From assembly GCF_018350175.1 (NCBI RefSeq), contig NC_058368.1:53632001-53696000 (forward strand): a stretch of DNA of 64,000 bases, read 5' to 3'. A program made the position numbers and the translations under genes. This document shows, piece after piece, positions 1 through 11,595 of the stretch. This stretch comes from Felis catus. Lineage: Eukaryota. The notes under the pieces are model-generated. The model saw only the letters and a program-made list of their open reading frames with translations. It did no database searches and was not told the DNA's origin. Numbering within the stretch: the stretch's first letter is position 1; every line of letters begins with the position of its first letter.

Positions 1-799
1 GCTACGTTTTGGGTATCAGTGATTTTATGGGTTTAATCAAGGAAACACCTGCCTTATGTTAGGAATCAGGGATCCACGAATTAACAGTTCTGGCCTCAGT
101 GACCTTACTCTCTAGAGAGGGATGAACGGTAAACAAAATGTTAAAATACAGTGAAATTAGTAATGGGGTATTAGAAGGTGTTATGGGAGTATGGCAAAGA
201 GAAGGTAAAACTCTGCTTTGAGTTTCAAGGACAATTTCACAGAAGAGGTAATATTTGAACTGGTATTTCAGGATGACTTGGAATCTCCAGGCCAAATAGG
301 AGATGTACTCTAAATGGAGTAAAGAGTATGGACACTGGGATGGAAGTTTGAAGAAGCCTGTGTTCCAGTCTTATTTTCAACCCCTTGAAGGAAGAGAATA
401 TGGATAAGGCTTCCATTGTTGGGGAAATAGGAGAAACATTGGAGGCTTAATTGTCCTGGGAAGTAGCAGGGAGAGTAGATGTTGGTGGATGGAGGGAATT
501 GTCCTGAAAGACATCCGTGGGAATATAAAATTAAAGAATGAAGTCAAGTGGAGTCAGACTAGTATGAGGGGAAAATAGGATTATTCACATTCTGAATGTA
601 AGTGTAAAACTAGACATTAACAGAAAGTAGATCAATGAAGTGGGCCCAGGATTCAGTAATGAACGGAGAGAAGTTGGGGTGATGGATGAAGAGTGAGGAG
701 TAAGAGGCGGAGAATAAGGATACCAGTGGATAAAGCATGAGCATTTCAGAATAAGACAGTGAGAGCAAGAATCTGTTTTTTACTCATTCTCTACACAGG

Positions 800-1290
800 A
801 AACCAGGCTATAGGTAGTTACGTAAGGGACCTGCATACTTGGAAGCTCTCGAGTACATTTTTGTACGGAAGAAGTTCTGAGAGCATGTGTTGGCTGGGAG
901 GGGAAATGTGGCCAGAGAGGTAGACCATGATAAAACTGTGAAGTTCTTTTAGTCTGTGATAAGGAGTTTGAAATTTCTCTGTAGGTATTTAGAAGACACT
1001 GAAAGATTATGAGTAAAGAGATGTGCATTTAAGAAAATTTTCTGGAGGCTGTGTCCAGAATGAATTAGGGATCTAGGCAATGAAGTGGAATGTAAGGGCG
1101 TTAATTAGAATACTCCATCAATAATTATGATGTAGGATTATGAGGATGTGAAGGCAGTGGTAATAGGGGCAGTGGGAAAGAGAAGTACTTGAAAGATATT
1201 TAGGTACCAAAATAGACCTATTATATAAATGATCTTATGTAAAAGGGGAGAGAACCTGAAAGATTGACACTAATTTTCAGTGTTCAGCTT
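800..1290 (+). mobile_element. Degraded L2 fragment(s); appears to continue at ~3340-3570
   Basis: Purine-rich L2-like motifs (ccatgataaa...gagtttgaaatttctctgtagg; gatatttaggt...aaaatagac). Confidence 0.5.
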
Positions 1291-1297
1291 GAAATCC

Positions 1298-3320
1298 ATT
1301 TTAGTCAAAGTAGATTAACTGCTTGTAACAACTTCAAAATCTCAGTGTTGGGAACCTAATAAGGGTTTATGTTTTGCAATGCATTTTGGTAATGGTTGTG
1401 GTGTAACTGTTCCATACAGTCTACTTCCATTTCATGGCTGTACAATCCCCAAGGGCCTCAGAATCCTCCTCTGATCCTCTATCCAGCTTGAAACAGAAGG
1501 AGAGTGTGGAGGATCATGAGGAGATTTTTAGATTCTAGTAATGGAAATTGTATGTATCCCATTTCTGTCATACTTCATTGGTCCAAACAGATTCATATAG
1601 CCACACTTACTTGCAAAGGATCCTGTGGAACGTAGTCTCTTCGTGTCCAGGAGAAGAAAGTGAACTCTGCTGAAGATACCAGCACAATCTGCTTTTCTGA
1701 CTACCAGGTGTATTTTTTGCTATTCCTTTCTTGTATAGAAGACCTCCTTTTCGCAAGTGAGACAGCCTGAAGTCCCCTTATCCTGCTAAGTGCAGAATCT
1801 CCCAGATGATTTATAGTGAGAGATGTGACTCCTTATGGTTTGGCGACTTACGGTCTAAAGTAGCAAATATTCTACCCTCCGCCCCCTGAATGGTGTAACA
1901 GAGATTAAGTAAGCACCTTAAACACTCTCATTAATAAAGAGTCAAAATGGTTAACACACAGTCCCTGGTATACTGCAACTCTGAAATTCACTGAATAGAT
2001 ATTATGAAAGGTTCCCTGTTCTGGAGGTAGAGGAAATTCCTTGGTGAATCCCAATTCTGTTCTCTTAGACAAACCCCTGGCTCATGACCCCTGGTTGTCC
2101 TCTGGTTTGTGGTCACCTGTCCTTATCTTCCTTGACCACCTCTGAAGTCGATGTTGGGGAGTATGCCTTGAAGGAGATATGGCTTTTACAGCTCATTCTC
2201 GCTTGAAGGATGTCTTAAGGCTCACTGAACACTTACATGCATTTTTTTAAGACCAGGTTTGCAATTTCTCGGTCAGTACAACTCCCTCAAAGTAGTAGGC
2301 TACTGATCTTGTTTTCAGTCAGTTTCTGTGCCAGTAACCATACTCTTTCCTAGTTCTTTTCTGTACTAGTTCTCATATTTGCTTTTATTTTTCCTTTTAA
2401 AGTGATTTTTCCCATTTTTCTCCCTGAATATAATAGAAGCAACCTGAGACTATCTGTGACAGTAAGCATGGATAGGAGGTTAGGACTCTTAATCTTTGCT
2501 ACAAGGTAGAGTTATTTTGTTTAACTGGGAAGTTTTAACTGGACTTTTTTTTTTCCTTAAAGCTTTTCTCTATCTTTTTATTAAGGGTCTAGTTGCAGTA
2601 GCAGACTTTTCTAAACTGCTATACTCTCTCCTATCTCTGCTCAAAACAGGCCAATTCTTTTTTTAAAGTGCATGACTTTCTTGCAATAACCTTGCCTAAG
2701 GAAGCCAGTAGCGGGTAGCACACAACATTCTGATTTTTTCTGGCTACTTCTAGATCTTGAGATTTTGTTGTCATGTGGAAAATAGGCAACAGTTTCATTA
2801 TTTTTCCAGTCGTGTAATCCAGTGTGTTACCATCTTTTCTTGAACCCATGCCAACTATTTCTTTCTTACTGTTGGTTTCCAACTGGTAAGCCAATGCCAG
2901 GCCTTTTTGGCGTTTATCAGAATTCCTCACTTCAAGATGTCAATTTAATCAGGTAGGCAAGCCTGCGTAATTAAAATCTCCCAAATCTCCATGCCTCAAT
3001 ACAATAAAAGTTTAGTGTTTGCTCATGTGTCAGTTTAATAAGAGTCTGCCCTAGGGAAGGACTCTATTTTGAGCAGTCATTCAGGGATCCACGCTTCTTC
3101 CTGTTAGTGCCTCTGCCATCCTAAAGCTTCTGAGTCTTCCACTGGGTTCTGTGCACCAGGCTGTCAGACTAAGGAAGAGTGAGAATGTGCAGGACTAAGA
3201 TTTGGCAGTGGCATACGTCATTTTAGTTCTCGTTCAGTTGGTAGAATTGGTCACCTGGCCATACCTTACTGCAAAAAAAAAAAAAAAAAAAAAAAAAGAA
3301 AACGGGATTTGCCACAATGG
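1298..3320 (-). mobile_element. Ancient MaLR provirus remnant: two MLT1(J/K/L-type) LTRs (~1298-1680 and ~2945-3320) flanking MLT1-int
   Basis: Both ends share the LTR pattern ctgcttgtaacaac..aaaatctcagtg..aataa.ggtttat / cattggt..aac..tcac.tggcca.ac.tactgcaa; the interval carries MLT-int-like sequence (gccaatgcca...cacttc). Confidence 0.65.
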
Positions 3321-4146
3321 ACCCGGAGGTGACTAGGGCGTACTCTGTACTTTGATAAGAAATACTGGATGCGTCAGGTTTAGATATGTTTGGGGGAGGA
3401 GAGTGAGTTAGGGACAGATGGTGGGTTGATTTTTTTCAGTCTGTTGATTTTGAGATTTCCCTGATTTATCCAATGGGACAGTGTAGGAAGTATTACAAAC
3501 GTCAATATGGAGCTCACATTAAAGGCATAATTTTTAGAAATAGATTTGATGGTGATTTACATATAGTTTACCAATTTGCACTCCCAACATAATTTAACTA
3601 TGTCTGTTGTTTCTAAACCTTCAACTTTGTCTTATTGAGACCACTTCTCTGCCCCCAATTCTTTTTTCCCATTTTATGCTTTCTTTCATATTTTTCTCTT
3701 CCTCTTTTTTCTCACCTTCCTCTTCACCTTTACTCTTTATATTCTGCTAATATTCTTTATTTGTAGTGCCTTAAAGTCTATATTGTAACAAGTAGAATTT
3801 TAAACAATAGAAGTTTTAACTTAAGTATACCAATAAAAAGAAACGCGTTAATGTTAGAATAAGTATTTAATAGTAATCTAGAAAAGCCATAGACGTTGAT
3901 TATTACCACATGTATTTATATTTGAATTGGCAAAACATTTTCTCAGAGAAGCTGGGTAGCAATTCAAGATTTCATTTTTCTAAACATATCATACTGATAT
4001 TTTTCCAAGTTGGTGTCTAATACACTTCATCTCTAGAGGTTTCCAACTTCTCTAACTGTAGCAGATGTTTGTATATTTTCCTTCTGTTTCATTGCAAAAG
4101 ACACACAAGAAAGAAGCTTTGCATTTTATTTTGCCTACTTCATAAG

Positions 4147-4200
4147 CGGTTACAGAAGTTATCCTAGCCAGATTTACTTGGTTTTTAGAAATGACTTTTG
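4147..4200 (+). CDS. Candidate internal (penultimate) coding exon of an unidentified gene; phase 1-1; xVTEVILARFTWFLEMTF(G)
   Basis: Pyrimidine-rich acceptor ttttattttgcctacttcataag| (alternative in-frame acceptor tacag| at 4155), strong donor TTG|gtaagc at 4200/4201, 54 nt (multiple of 3), open frame, non-repetitive context. Confidence 0.6.
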
Positions 4201-5500
4201 GTAAGCTGTATGTAGTTATAGGTAGCAAATTATTGGGTCTATGAAAGGAACAAATAGGACAATTAGAATGAGAGAAAAAACAACAAGAACAATGATCTAT
4301 AAAGGGATCATTGGTAATGCCAAGAATTTGTATCTAAATGAGCTATGTAATGGACATTTGTCCATCATGTGGAATCTATAATAGTAGTGAGGAAAGAACA
4401 ATTTGGCCAGCAAATGGAAAGAAATTCTGTCAGTCAGAAATTTCACTCGTGAAGTTGACATGAGTAATCCTTGCATGTTGTTTCACCATCTGAAGAACCT
4501 GAAGTGGAAGCCCTAGAAATAGTCTGGTTTGGAGGTGTTTAGAAAGAGTAGGAGTGTCTTCACATGGAGATATTTGGGGGATACTATTTGTTCCCCCTCA
4601 CTTTGTATTAGGTCCTTTATGGTATCACTTGGAAGAGTTGCAGCTGGATTCCTTTCCTAGTGTTCTAAATTGAACCTAGGGGGCAGAAGGATTTTCCCTA
4701 TGCCATTGCTTTTCTGAAGCATTAGTAAGACAAGACAAGTAAGACGAACCAAGTTAAAACTTGTGTCATCTAAAGGGATGTTGAGATATTAGATAAGTTA
4801 TAAGTCACATATAACTTATTCCTTTCAGCAGTATGGATGGGTTACATATTCTAAAAAATCTTCACACTGAGAAATATGTAGGTTCTGGATATGCAACATT
4901 AAAAGAAAAAGACTTTTACATCTATTGCTAACATCACAAGGAAGAGAAACCCCCAAAGCACACAAAAAAGAAGAAAGCAAATATAGTAAGCATAAATTAG
5001 CTGCAACAAGAGTGGTATGTAGAAGCAGCAGCTTGAACTACTTTGGGAGAAAAAGTCAAAATCGGGGACTTAGAGTCTGGATACTAATGGACATGAGAGA
5101 GAATGGGAGAAGCCATGTGGATCTGGGAGGAAATTAGCTGAATTTAAGACCTTAACATAATCTTGAGACTCTTGAAGGGACTAAATCTAAATCCTCAGTG
5201 GAAAATGTGGCCATTAAAAAAAAAATCTGCTTGCTCAAGGCAAAATTTAAACTGATTTTTCTCCACCTAGTCTCTCAGGAGAATTATGAGAATCTGTTAC
5301 TTATTCTCAAATGGTCCTGGAGTCCAAATTTATATTACCAGTGTAATTTACAAACCCCAAGCTCTAATACGCTGAATAAAGATCATTCCAGATAGAAAAG
5401 GTAATCTGGTATCTAATAGAAGCGAACACAAGCCTCTTTACAGAAAAGCATCCTAGACTCAGATTTGTATAGATTTCTACAAATTAAAATAAAAAAATCA

Positions 5501-5676
5501 GGGGTGCCTGGGTGGTTCAGTCTATTAAGTGTGGGACTTTGGCTCAGGTCATGATCTCATGGTTCATGAGTCTGAGCCCCGCATTGGGCTCTGTGCTGAT
5601 GGCTCTGAGCCTGCTTGGGATTCTCTCTTTCTCTCTCTGTCCCTGGCACTGTCTTTCTCTCTCAAAAGAGATACTT
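5501..5676 (+). mobile_element. Can-SINE (older)
   Basis: ggggtgcctgggtggttcagt tRNA-derived head, (CT)n, A tail. Confidence 0.9.
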
Positions 5677-5693
5677 AAAAAAATGAATTACAT

Positions 5694-5912
5694 GGGGCGC
5701 CTGGGTGGCGCAGTCGGTTAAGCGTCCGACTTCAGCCAGGTCACAATCTCAAGGTCCGGGAGTTCGAGCCCCACGTCAGGCTCTGGGCTGATGGCTCAGA
5801 GCCTGGAGCCTGTTTCCGATTCTGTGTCTCCCTCTCTCTCTGCCCCTCCCCCATTCATGCTCTGTCTCTCTCTGTCCCAAAAAAATAAATAAACGTTGAA
5901 AAAAAAATTAAA
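5694..5912 (+). mobile_element. Young felid Can-SINE (SINEC_Fc type) inserted in the tail of the previous SINE
   Basis: ggggcgcctgggtggcgcagtcggttaagcgtccgact; TSD aaaaaaatgaattac 5677-5691 / 5913-5927. Confidence 0.95.
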
Positions 5913-6820
5913 AAAAAAATGAATTACCAAAAAAAAAAAAAAAAAAAAGAAAGAAAGAAACAAGTGATGAGTTAGGGTAGGGTAAATAATGTATGTATGG
6001 ACTTCAGATTTTGGAATTATCTGAAAGACCATATAAAAAAATTACATATAACATTAAGTAAATAAAAGATGAAATTGGGAAAAATAAGCCAGAGATAAAA
6101 ATCTATGGAATACTATTAAAATGACAAAATATAAAATAAGATCATTGAGATTATGATAAATTTCTGCTTCTGGTAATGACTGGGGAGATAATGTTGCCAA
6201 CTGTCACCAAGTGCAAAGGAGTAAGGATAACACTTCAGTGCTCTAATGACTTAATGGAAGCTGGAGGACAATAGAATAGTACATTATGAGTGCTGAAAGA
6301 AAACATAATGCCACCTAGAATTCTATATTTAGCAAAAATATTCTGTAAAAGCAAAGGTGGAATAAAGACATTTTCAGACAAACAGAATCGGAGGGAATTA
6401 TTCACTGTAACCCTAACACTGAAGGAAATAATAAAGTGTGTTCTTCAGAAAGAAAAAAAAAAAACAAAACCAAAAAGCGCTGTATAAAAGTAAAAAGGTG
6501 AAACATTTGGCAAATGTAAACAAATATTTACTGTAAAAGTACAAATACTGCCTTAAGGGGTTAGCACGTATCTGGAATTACAAAATGGAAAAGCATGGGA
6601 GTCATGAGGTGACTGCAGTGAAAGAGTCTTAAGGTTCTTAGGTCATAAAAGTACTAATTTATAGACATTAATCAGAGAAGGTTGAATCTTGTAATCTCTA
6701 GGGTAACTGGCAACCAAAGAATCCTAAAAAGCCAAGAAAAGAAAAAAAAAACAATCTACCACTATGGGCATGCAGGGGCAGGCACCAGAACCAGAAGGGG
6801 GACCTCAGTATATCTCTTGT

Positions 6821-6834
6821 CCACCAGGGGGCAC
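6821..6834 (+). promoter_or_regulatory. CTCF core motif CCACCAGGGGGCAC with upstream module-like ctcagtata
   Basis: Near-consensus match to CCACCAGGGGGCGC; second weaker motif CCAGAAGGGGGACC at 6791-6804. Confidence 0.6.
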
Positions 6835-7423
6835 CTGGCAGCCTGGCGTGTAGAATCCCTTTCTGCCAGATCTGGCAGTACCACCAGACCCTAGTGCATG
6901 CCCCAGTAGCCTCAGACAAACCAGGGAAACCAAGGTCACACTGAAAACGACCTTAAAATTAAACTGGCGTTGGAATCACAGTACCCAAAGGTAGGCCAAG
7001 ACCGATATGCTAAACCTAAATAGGGTGACTGCCTTCTAAAATAAGTGCCGTAAGTAGTATTTTGGGTCTCCTAACACATTAGACGAAATGTCCATTACAC
7101 AATAAAAAATTACCTATCATAACAAGAAAAAAAAGCAAAAAACCCCACCCAACAACTACAACTTGAAAAAGTCAATTGATGCCAACACTGAGATGAAATA
7201 CCTGTGAGAAAATGACAAAAGATACAATATTTGTATCATTGCAATCTTGGAAATGGATACAGTGGGGCTGAAAGAGTATTTGAAGAAATAACAGCTAGAA
7301 TTTTCAAAATTTGGTGAAAGATACAAACCTGTAGATCCAAGAAGCTTAGTAAGTCTCAAATAGTGTAATCCCAAAGAAATTGATGCTAAGACCCTTCATA
7401 CTTAAACTTTTGAAAACTAAACA

Positions 7424-7624
7424 TTTTTTTTAAGTGTTTATTTTTGAGAGAAAGAGTGTGAGCAGGGGAGAAGCAGAGAGAGAGGGAGACACAGAATCTG
7501 AAGCAGGCTCCAGGCTCTGAGCTGTCAACACAGAGCCCAGAGTGGGGCTCAAACTTGGGACTGGAAAGATCATGACTTAGGCTGAAGTCAGATGCCTAAC
7601 CAACTGAGCCACCCAGGCGCCCCA
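7424..7624 (-). mobile_element. Can-SINE
   Basis: ...ctgagccacccaggcgcccc head, (GA)n, T tail. Confidence 0.92.
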
Positions 7625-7785
7625 GAAACTAAAAAAATATTTGAAGCAGCCAGAAGGAAACAGTGCATTACCTAGGAGATAATACCACTTTATATGATGG
7701 CCAATTTCTCATCTGCAACCATGGAGGTCTTAAGGGGCACAACATTTTTTTTTCTTTTATATTTAAATTGTCACAAATAAGTTTA

Positions 7786-8057
7786 TTTTTTAATTTAATT
7801 TTTTTTTTTGTTTTTCTGAGAAAGTTTTATTCTTCATTTTTGAAAGATGCTTTCAATGGGTATGGAATTCTGGGCTGAAAGGTTTTTTTCTTTTCCCTTT
7901 AGCACTTAAAAGTTCTGTCACTCTATTATCTTCTAGCTTGCATGGTTTCTAGAGAGAAGTCTGTTGATTTTCTTATATTTGTTCCTCTATAATATCTTTT
8001 TCCTCCCCTCTGGCTGTATTCAAGATTTTCTTTTTTTTGAATGTGATCTGTCTGAGG

Positions 8058-8105
<48 letters not shown>

Positions 8106-8303
8106 CTTCTGTAGTTCTGGTTGGTGTACTTGGATCTGTGGTTTTAAATAGTGCTTTTTCTTTTTTTATTGAGACTAAATTAATATTACATATAGTTTGA
8201 CCATATTAATGTGCAGGTGTTTGAGGTGATCTCATTTTGTGTTGTGTTGGATTTGAGATTTATTTCTCCTTTGGCTTTGCTCAGTACGTCAAAGCCTTCA
8301 AAG
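7786..8303 (-). pseudogene. Inner retrocopied poly(A) RNA segment nested in the outer insert
   Basis: Perfect 18-bp TSD ttgtcacaaataagttta (7768-7785 / 8304-8321); T-rich tail 7786-7815; minus-strand AATAAA (tttatt 7826-7831) just upstream of the tail. Confidence 0.75.
8059..8103. repeat. (TG)n microsatellite
   Basis: Direct reading. Confidence 0.95.
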
Positions 8304-11300
8304 TTGTCACAAATAAGTTTAAACGAAGATTTAAAATCAGTTATTCCCTTTCCTTCCAGACCAAGGTCCAACCCAATGTTTGTTGAATACGTGTTAAGTA
8401 CCATGCCTTTAGACACAAGCAAGGAGGGAAAGGAGGCTCCAGGAGAAGTGACTTGCCTAAGGTTACCCAACTAGAAGCTAGGGACTGTCCCAGTCAGACT
8501 GATTCGTCATCTTGACTCTGTCCACCTGAGCACTACCCTGGGAGGAACTGAGGTATGAAGTCAGGGGTCCAGTCTCCCTCCCAGCTCCACACATCATCAA
8601 CAATGACCCAGGTAAGGTCATCTCTTTCCAAGCCAGTCTTCCCAACTGTGCAAGGAGGATGGGCCTGGCCAGGTGTTGAGGGTGTGATGCAGTTCAGGGG
8701 TCTTGATCCCTACCTCCGGCACACACCTGCCCTAGGGGGCTGTCTCACTCACCTGCTGGACTTGAAGGCCTCTAGGCTTGGCTCCCAGACCCACAGCATT
8801 TTTCAAGTGCTGAAAGAAAAGAACTCTCAATCGTGAATTCTATATCTGGTAAAACTATCTTTTAGGAATGAAAAGGAAACAAAAATATTTTCAAAAGGGA
8901 AGTAAGTGAATCTGTTGTTAACAGACCTATTCTTAACAATTAGCTAAAGGAAGTTCTTTGGACAGAAAGGAAATGATAAAAGAAGAAATTTTGGAACACT
9001 ATGAAGGAAGAAGGAATAACAGAAATATGTGAAATATAGACTGTCCTTTCTCTTGTGAATTTTATAAATTCCCTTTGATGATTAAGCCAAAAATTCTAAT
9101 ACCATCGTATGCCAAAGATAATGATATTTAAAAGCAAAGAAAACTGAGCCCTAAATGGAAGTCAAGTTTCCACACTTCACACAAAATAGGAAAATGTTGG
9201 TATCAGTAGACTGGTATTTGTGACAATTTATAAAATAGAAAATAAGTTTAACTGAAGGTTTAATATCAGTTATTTCCTTTCCTTCCAGACTAACTAAGGT
9301 GCAAACCAGTGTTTTTTGAATAGTGTAACATATAGCTATTATAGTATCCAGAGTAACCACTTAAAAAGTTTACAGTGAAATACACTTAAAACCACCGTAA
9401 GTTAAGGTGAAATCCTCAGGTAAGTTCAAGTAATCCACAGGAAATCAAAAGCGGGGGGGGGGGGGGGTTGGGAGGGACAAGAATCAGAGAAAAGAGTAGA
9501 ACATAAAAAAGATACAGTTGCTAACTTATCAATAATTACCATTAAAGCTAAGTAATCTAAATACATACATGATGATGAATCTGGTCTTTGATTTAACAGT
9601 ATCCAGATGAATGACCTAATGGTGAAGATCAAATTGTAAAGTTAGTAGAAGGTGGTGTAGGAGAATATGCTTGTTACTGAGGGGTGAAGGACTACTTAAA
9701 TAAGACCTTAAAAGTACAATCCATACAATTCAAAAGCCATTGGATATGAATACACATATGAAGGGTTTCTGTCCAATGAAGAATGAAGTTAACTAATGAC
9801 TGATTGCAGAAAGATATATAATGTCTAAAAACGATAAGATAGTCTGATTGAAAATGCATAGAAATGCCTGCTTACGAATAGGAAAAGGTAAGATATCAAT
9901 AATCACAGAAAAGATATGTATATGAGGGATGCTCGAAACCACTAGTATTTACAGAAATAGAAATTAAAATATCTTTCCCAACTTAAGTAAAATTATTTAT
10001 AAATTATAAGTTTTATATTGCTTTGTAAATGTTTTATATTTAAATTTATATTAAATTGCTTTATAAATATATAAATATATGAAAAGACAAACTGCTTAAA
10101 TAAAGATTACTTACCAAAAAAAAAAAAAAAAAGAAATTGGCAGAGCAAATAAAGAAAACATGACCCAACTAAAGAGAAGTGGCTATATTAATATAGACTT
10201 TAGAGCAAAGAAAACTACTAGAGAAAAAGATATAATAGTAAAAGAATCAACCTATCAGGAAAGCATAATGGTTCTAAATATGTACTGAACAACAGAACCT
10301 CAAAAATACATGAATCAGAAACTAACAGACCTGAAATGAGAAAAAACTCTACAATTATGGTGGATTACCTTGATTGACAAGCTAAAGAATAAAAATCCTC
10401 TATCAGTTGATGCAGAAAAGGAATTTGACAAAATCACTTAATCATGGCAATATTTTCTAGAAGAATAGAGAGGAATTATCCAAACTTGATAAAAAGCCTT
10501 TACAAAAAACCTACAGCTAACATCATTCTTATTGATGAAAGGTTTAATGCTCCCCGCGGCCTCCCCTGGAGTGGAAATAAGTAAGGGTGTCTACTGTTGC
10601 TGTTCTTACTCAATATAAGACTAGAACAATTAAATACAAAGAAATGCTTACAGATTAGAAAAAAAAGAAACTATCTTTACAGATGGCATGATTGTCTTCG
10701 CAGGAAATACCAAGGAATTCAGATACCTAGGAACTAATAAGTGAGTTCAGCAAATTCTTAGGATTGATTTCTGTGCAAGTTTTATATCCTATTTAAAAAA
10801 AAATCTTGTTTCTATATGCTATCAATGAGCATGCAGGACTGAAATAAAAAAAATACCATTTACAATCACTACAAATGAAATAGGTATACAATAAAACAAG
10901 TATAGTATTTGTTGAAAAATTACAAAATTCTGTTGGAAGAACTCAAAGATCTAAATAAATGGGGAGTCCTATCTTATTTATTGAGTAGAGGACTTAGTAA
11001 AGATGTTAATTCTTTCATATTGATCTGTAGGTTTAGTGTAGTTCCTATTAAAACCCCTTCAAGCATTTTGTGTAAATACAAACTTATTTTAAAATTCGTG
11101 CGGAAAGGAACAGACTCTAGGATAGCCAGAGCAATTTATTTTTTAACACAAATAAGAATGAAGTGTGTGTATGTGTTGGGGGGGGGGTGGTTTACCCAGT
11201 GTTAAGGCTTATTATGTGGTACTGTAGTCCAAGACTGTAATATTGGTGGCAGAATCTGATCCACAGATCATTGGAACCGAATAGAAAACCCAAAAATAAA

Positions 11301-11371
11301 ACCACACAAAGGTGAAAAATGAAGCAATAGAGGAAGGATAGCTGTTTAATTTTTAAAATGACAAAAGTTTA

Positions 11372-11595
11372 GGGGCACCTGGGTGTCTCAGTCGGTTGAG
11401 CGTCTGACTGGCTCAGGTCACGATCTCAGAGCTATTGAGTTCGAGCCCCGCATCGGACTCTGCGCTGACAGCTCAGAGCCTGGAGCCTGCTGTTGCTTCT
11501 GTGTCTCCCTTTCTCTCTGCCCCTAACCCATTCGCATTCTGTCTCCGTCTCTCTCAAAAATAAACATTAAAAAAAATTTTTTTTAAATAAAAAAA
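11372..11595 (+). mobile_element. Can-SINE
   Basis: Head and tail present; TSD taaaatgacaa(a/g)agttta. Confidence 0.92.

Larger units (their letters stand above)
4810..6720 (+). mobile_element. Old L1M 5'/ORF1 fragments interrupted by SINEs
   Basis: ORF 6290-6487 translates to L1 ORF1p C-terminal-like PRILYLAKIFCKSKGGIKTFSDKQ. Confidence 0.7.
7750..8791 (-). pseudogene. Outer retrocopied or transduced non-coding segment inserted in L1 ORF1
   Basis: TSD cacaacattttt (7738-7749) / cacagcattttt (8792-8803); T-tract at left end; L1 ORF1 sequence resumes exactly after 8792; body is GC-richer and contains MIR fragments. Confidence 0.7.
6750..9570 (+). mobile_element. L1M (MC/MD-like) 5' region and ORF1, interrupted by a SINE and the nested inserts
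   Basis: Typical motifs agaattttcaaaatttggtgaaagatacaaacctgtagatccaagaagct and catttttcaagtgctgaaagaaaagaac. Confidence 0.75.
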
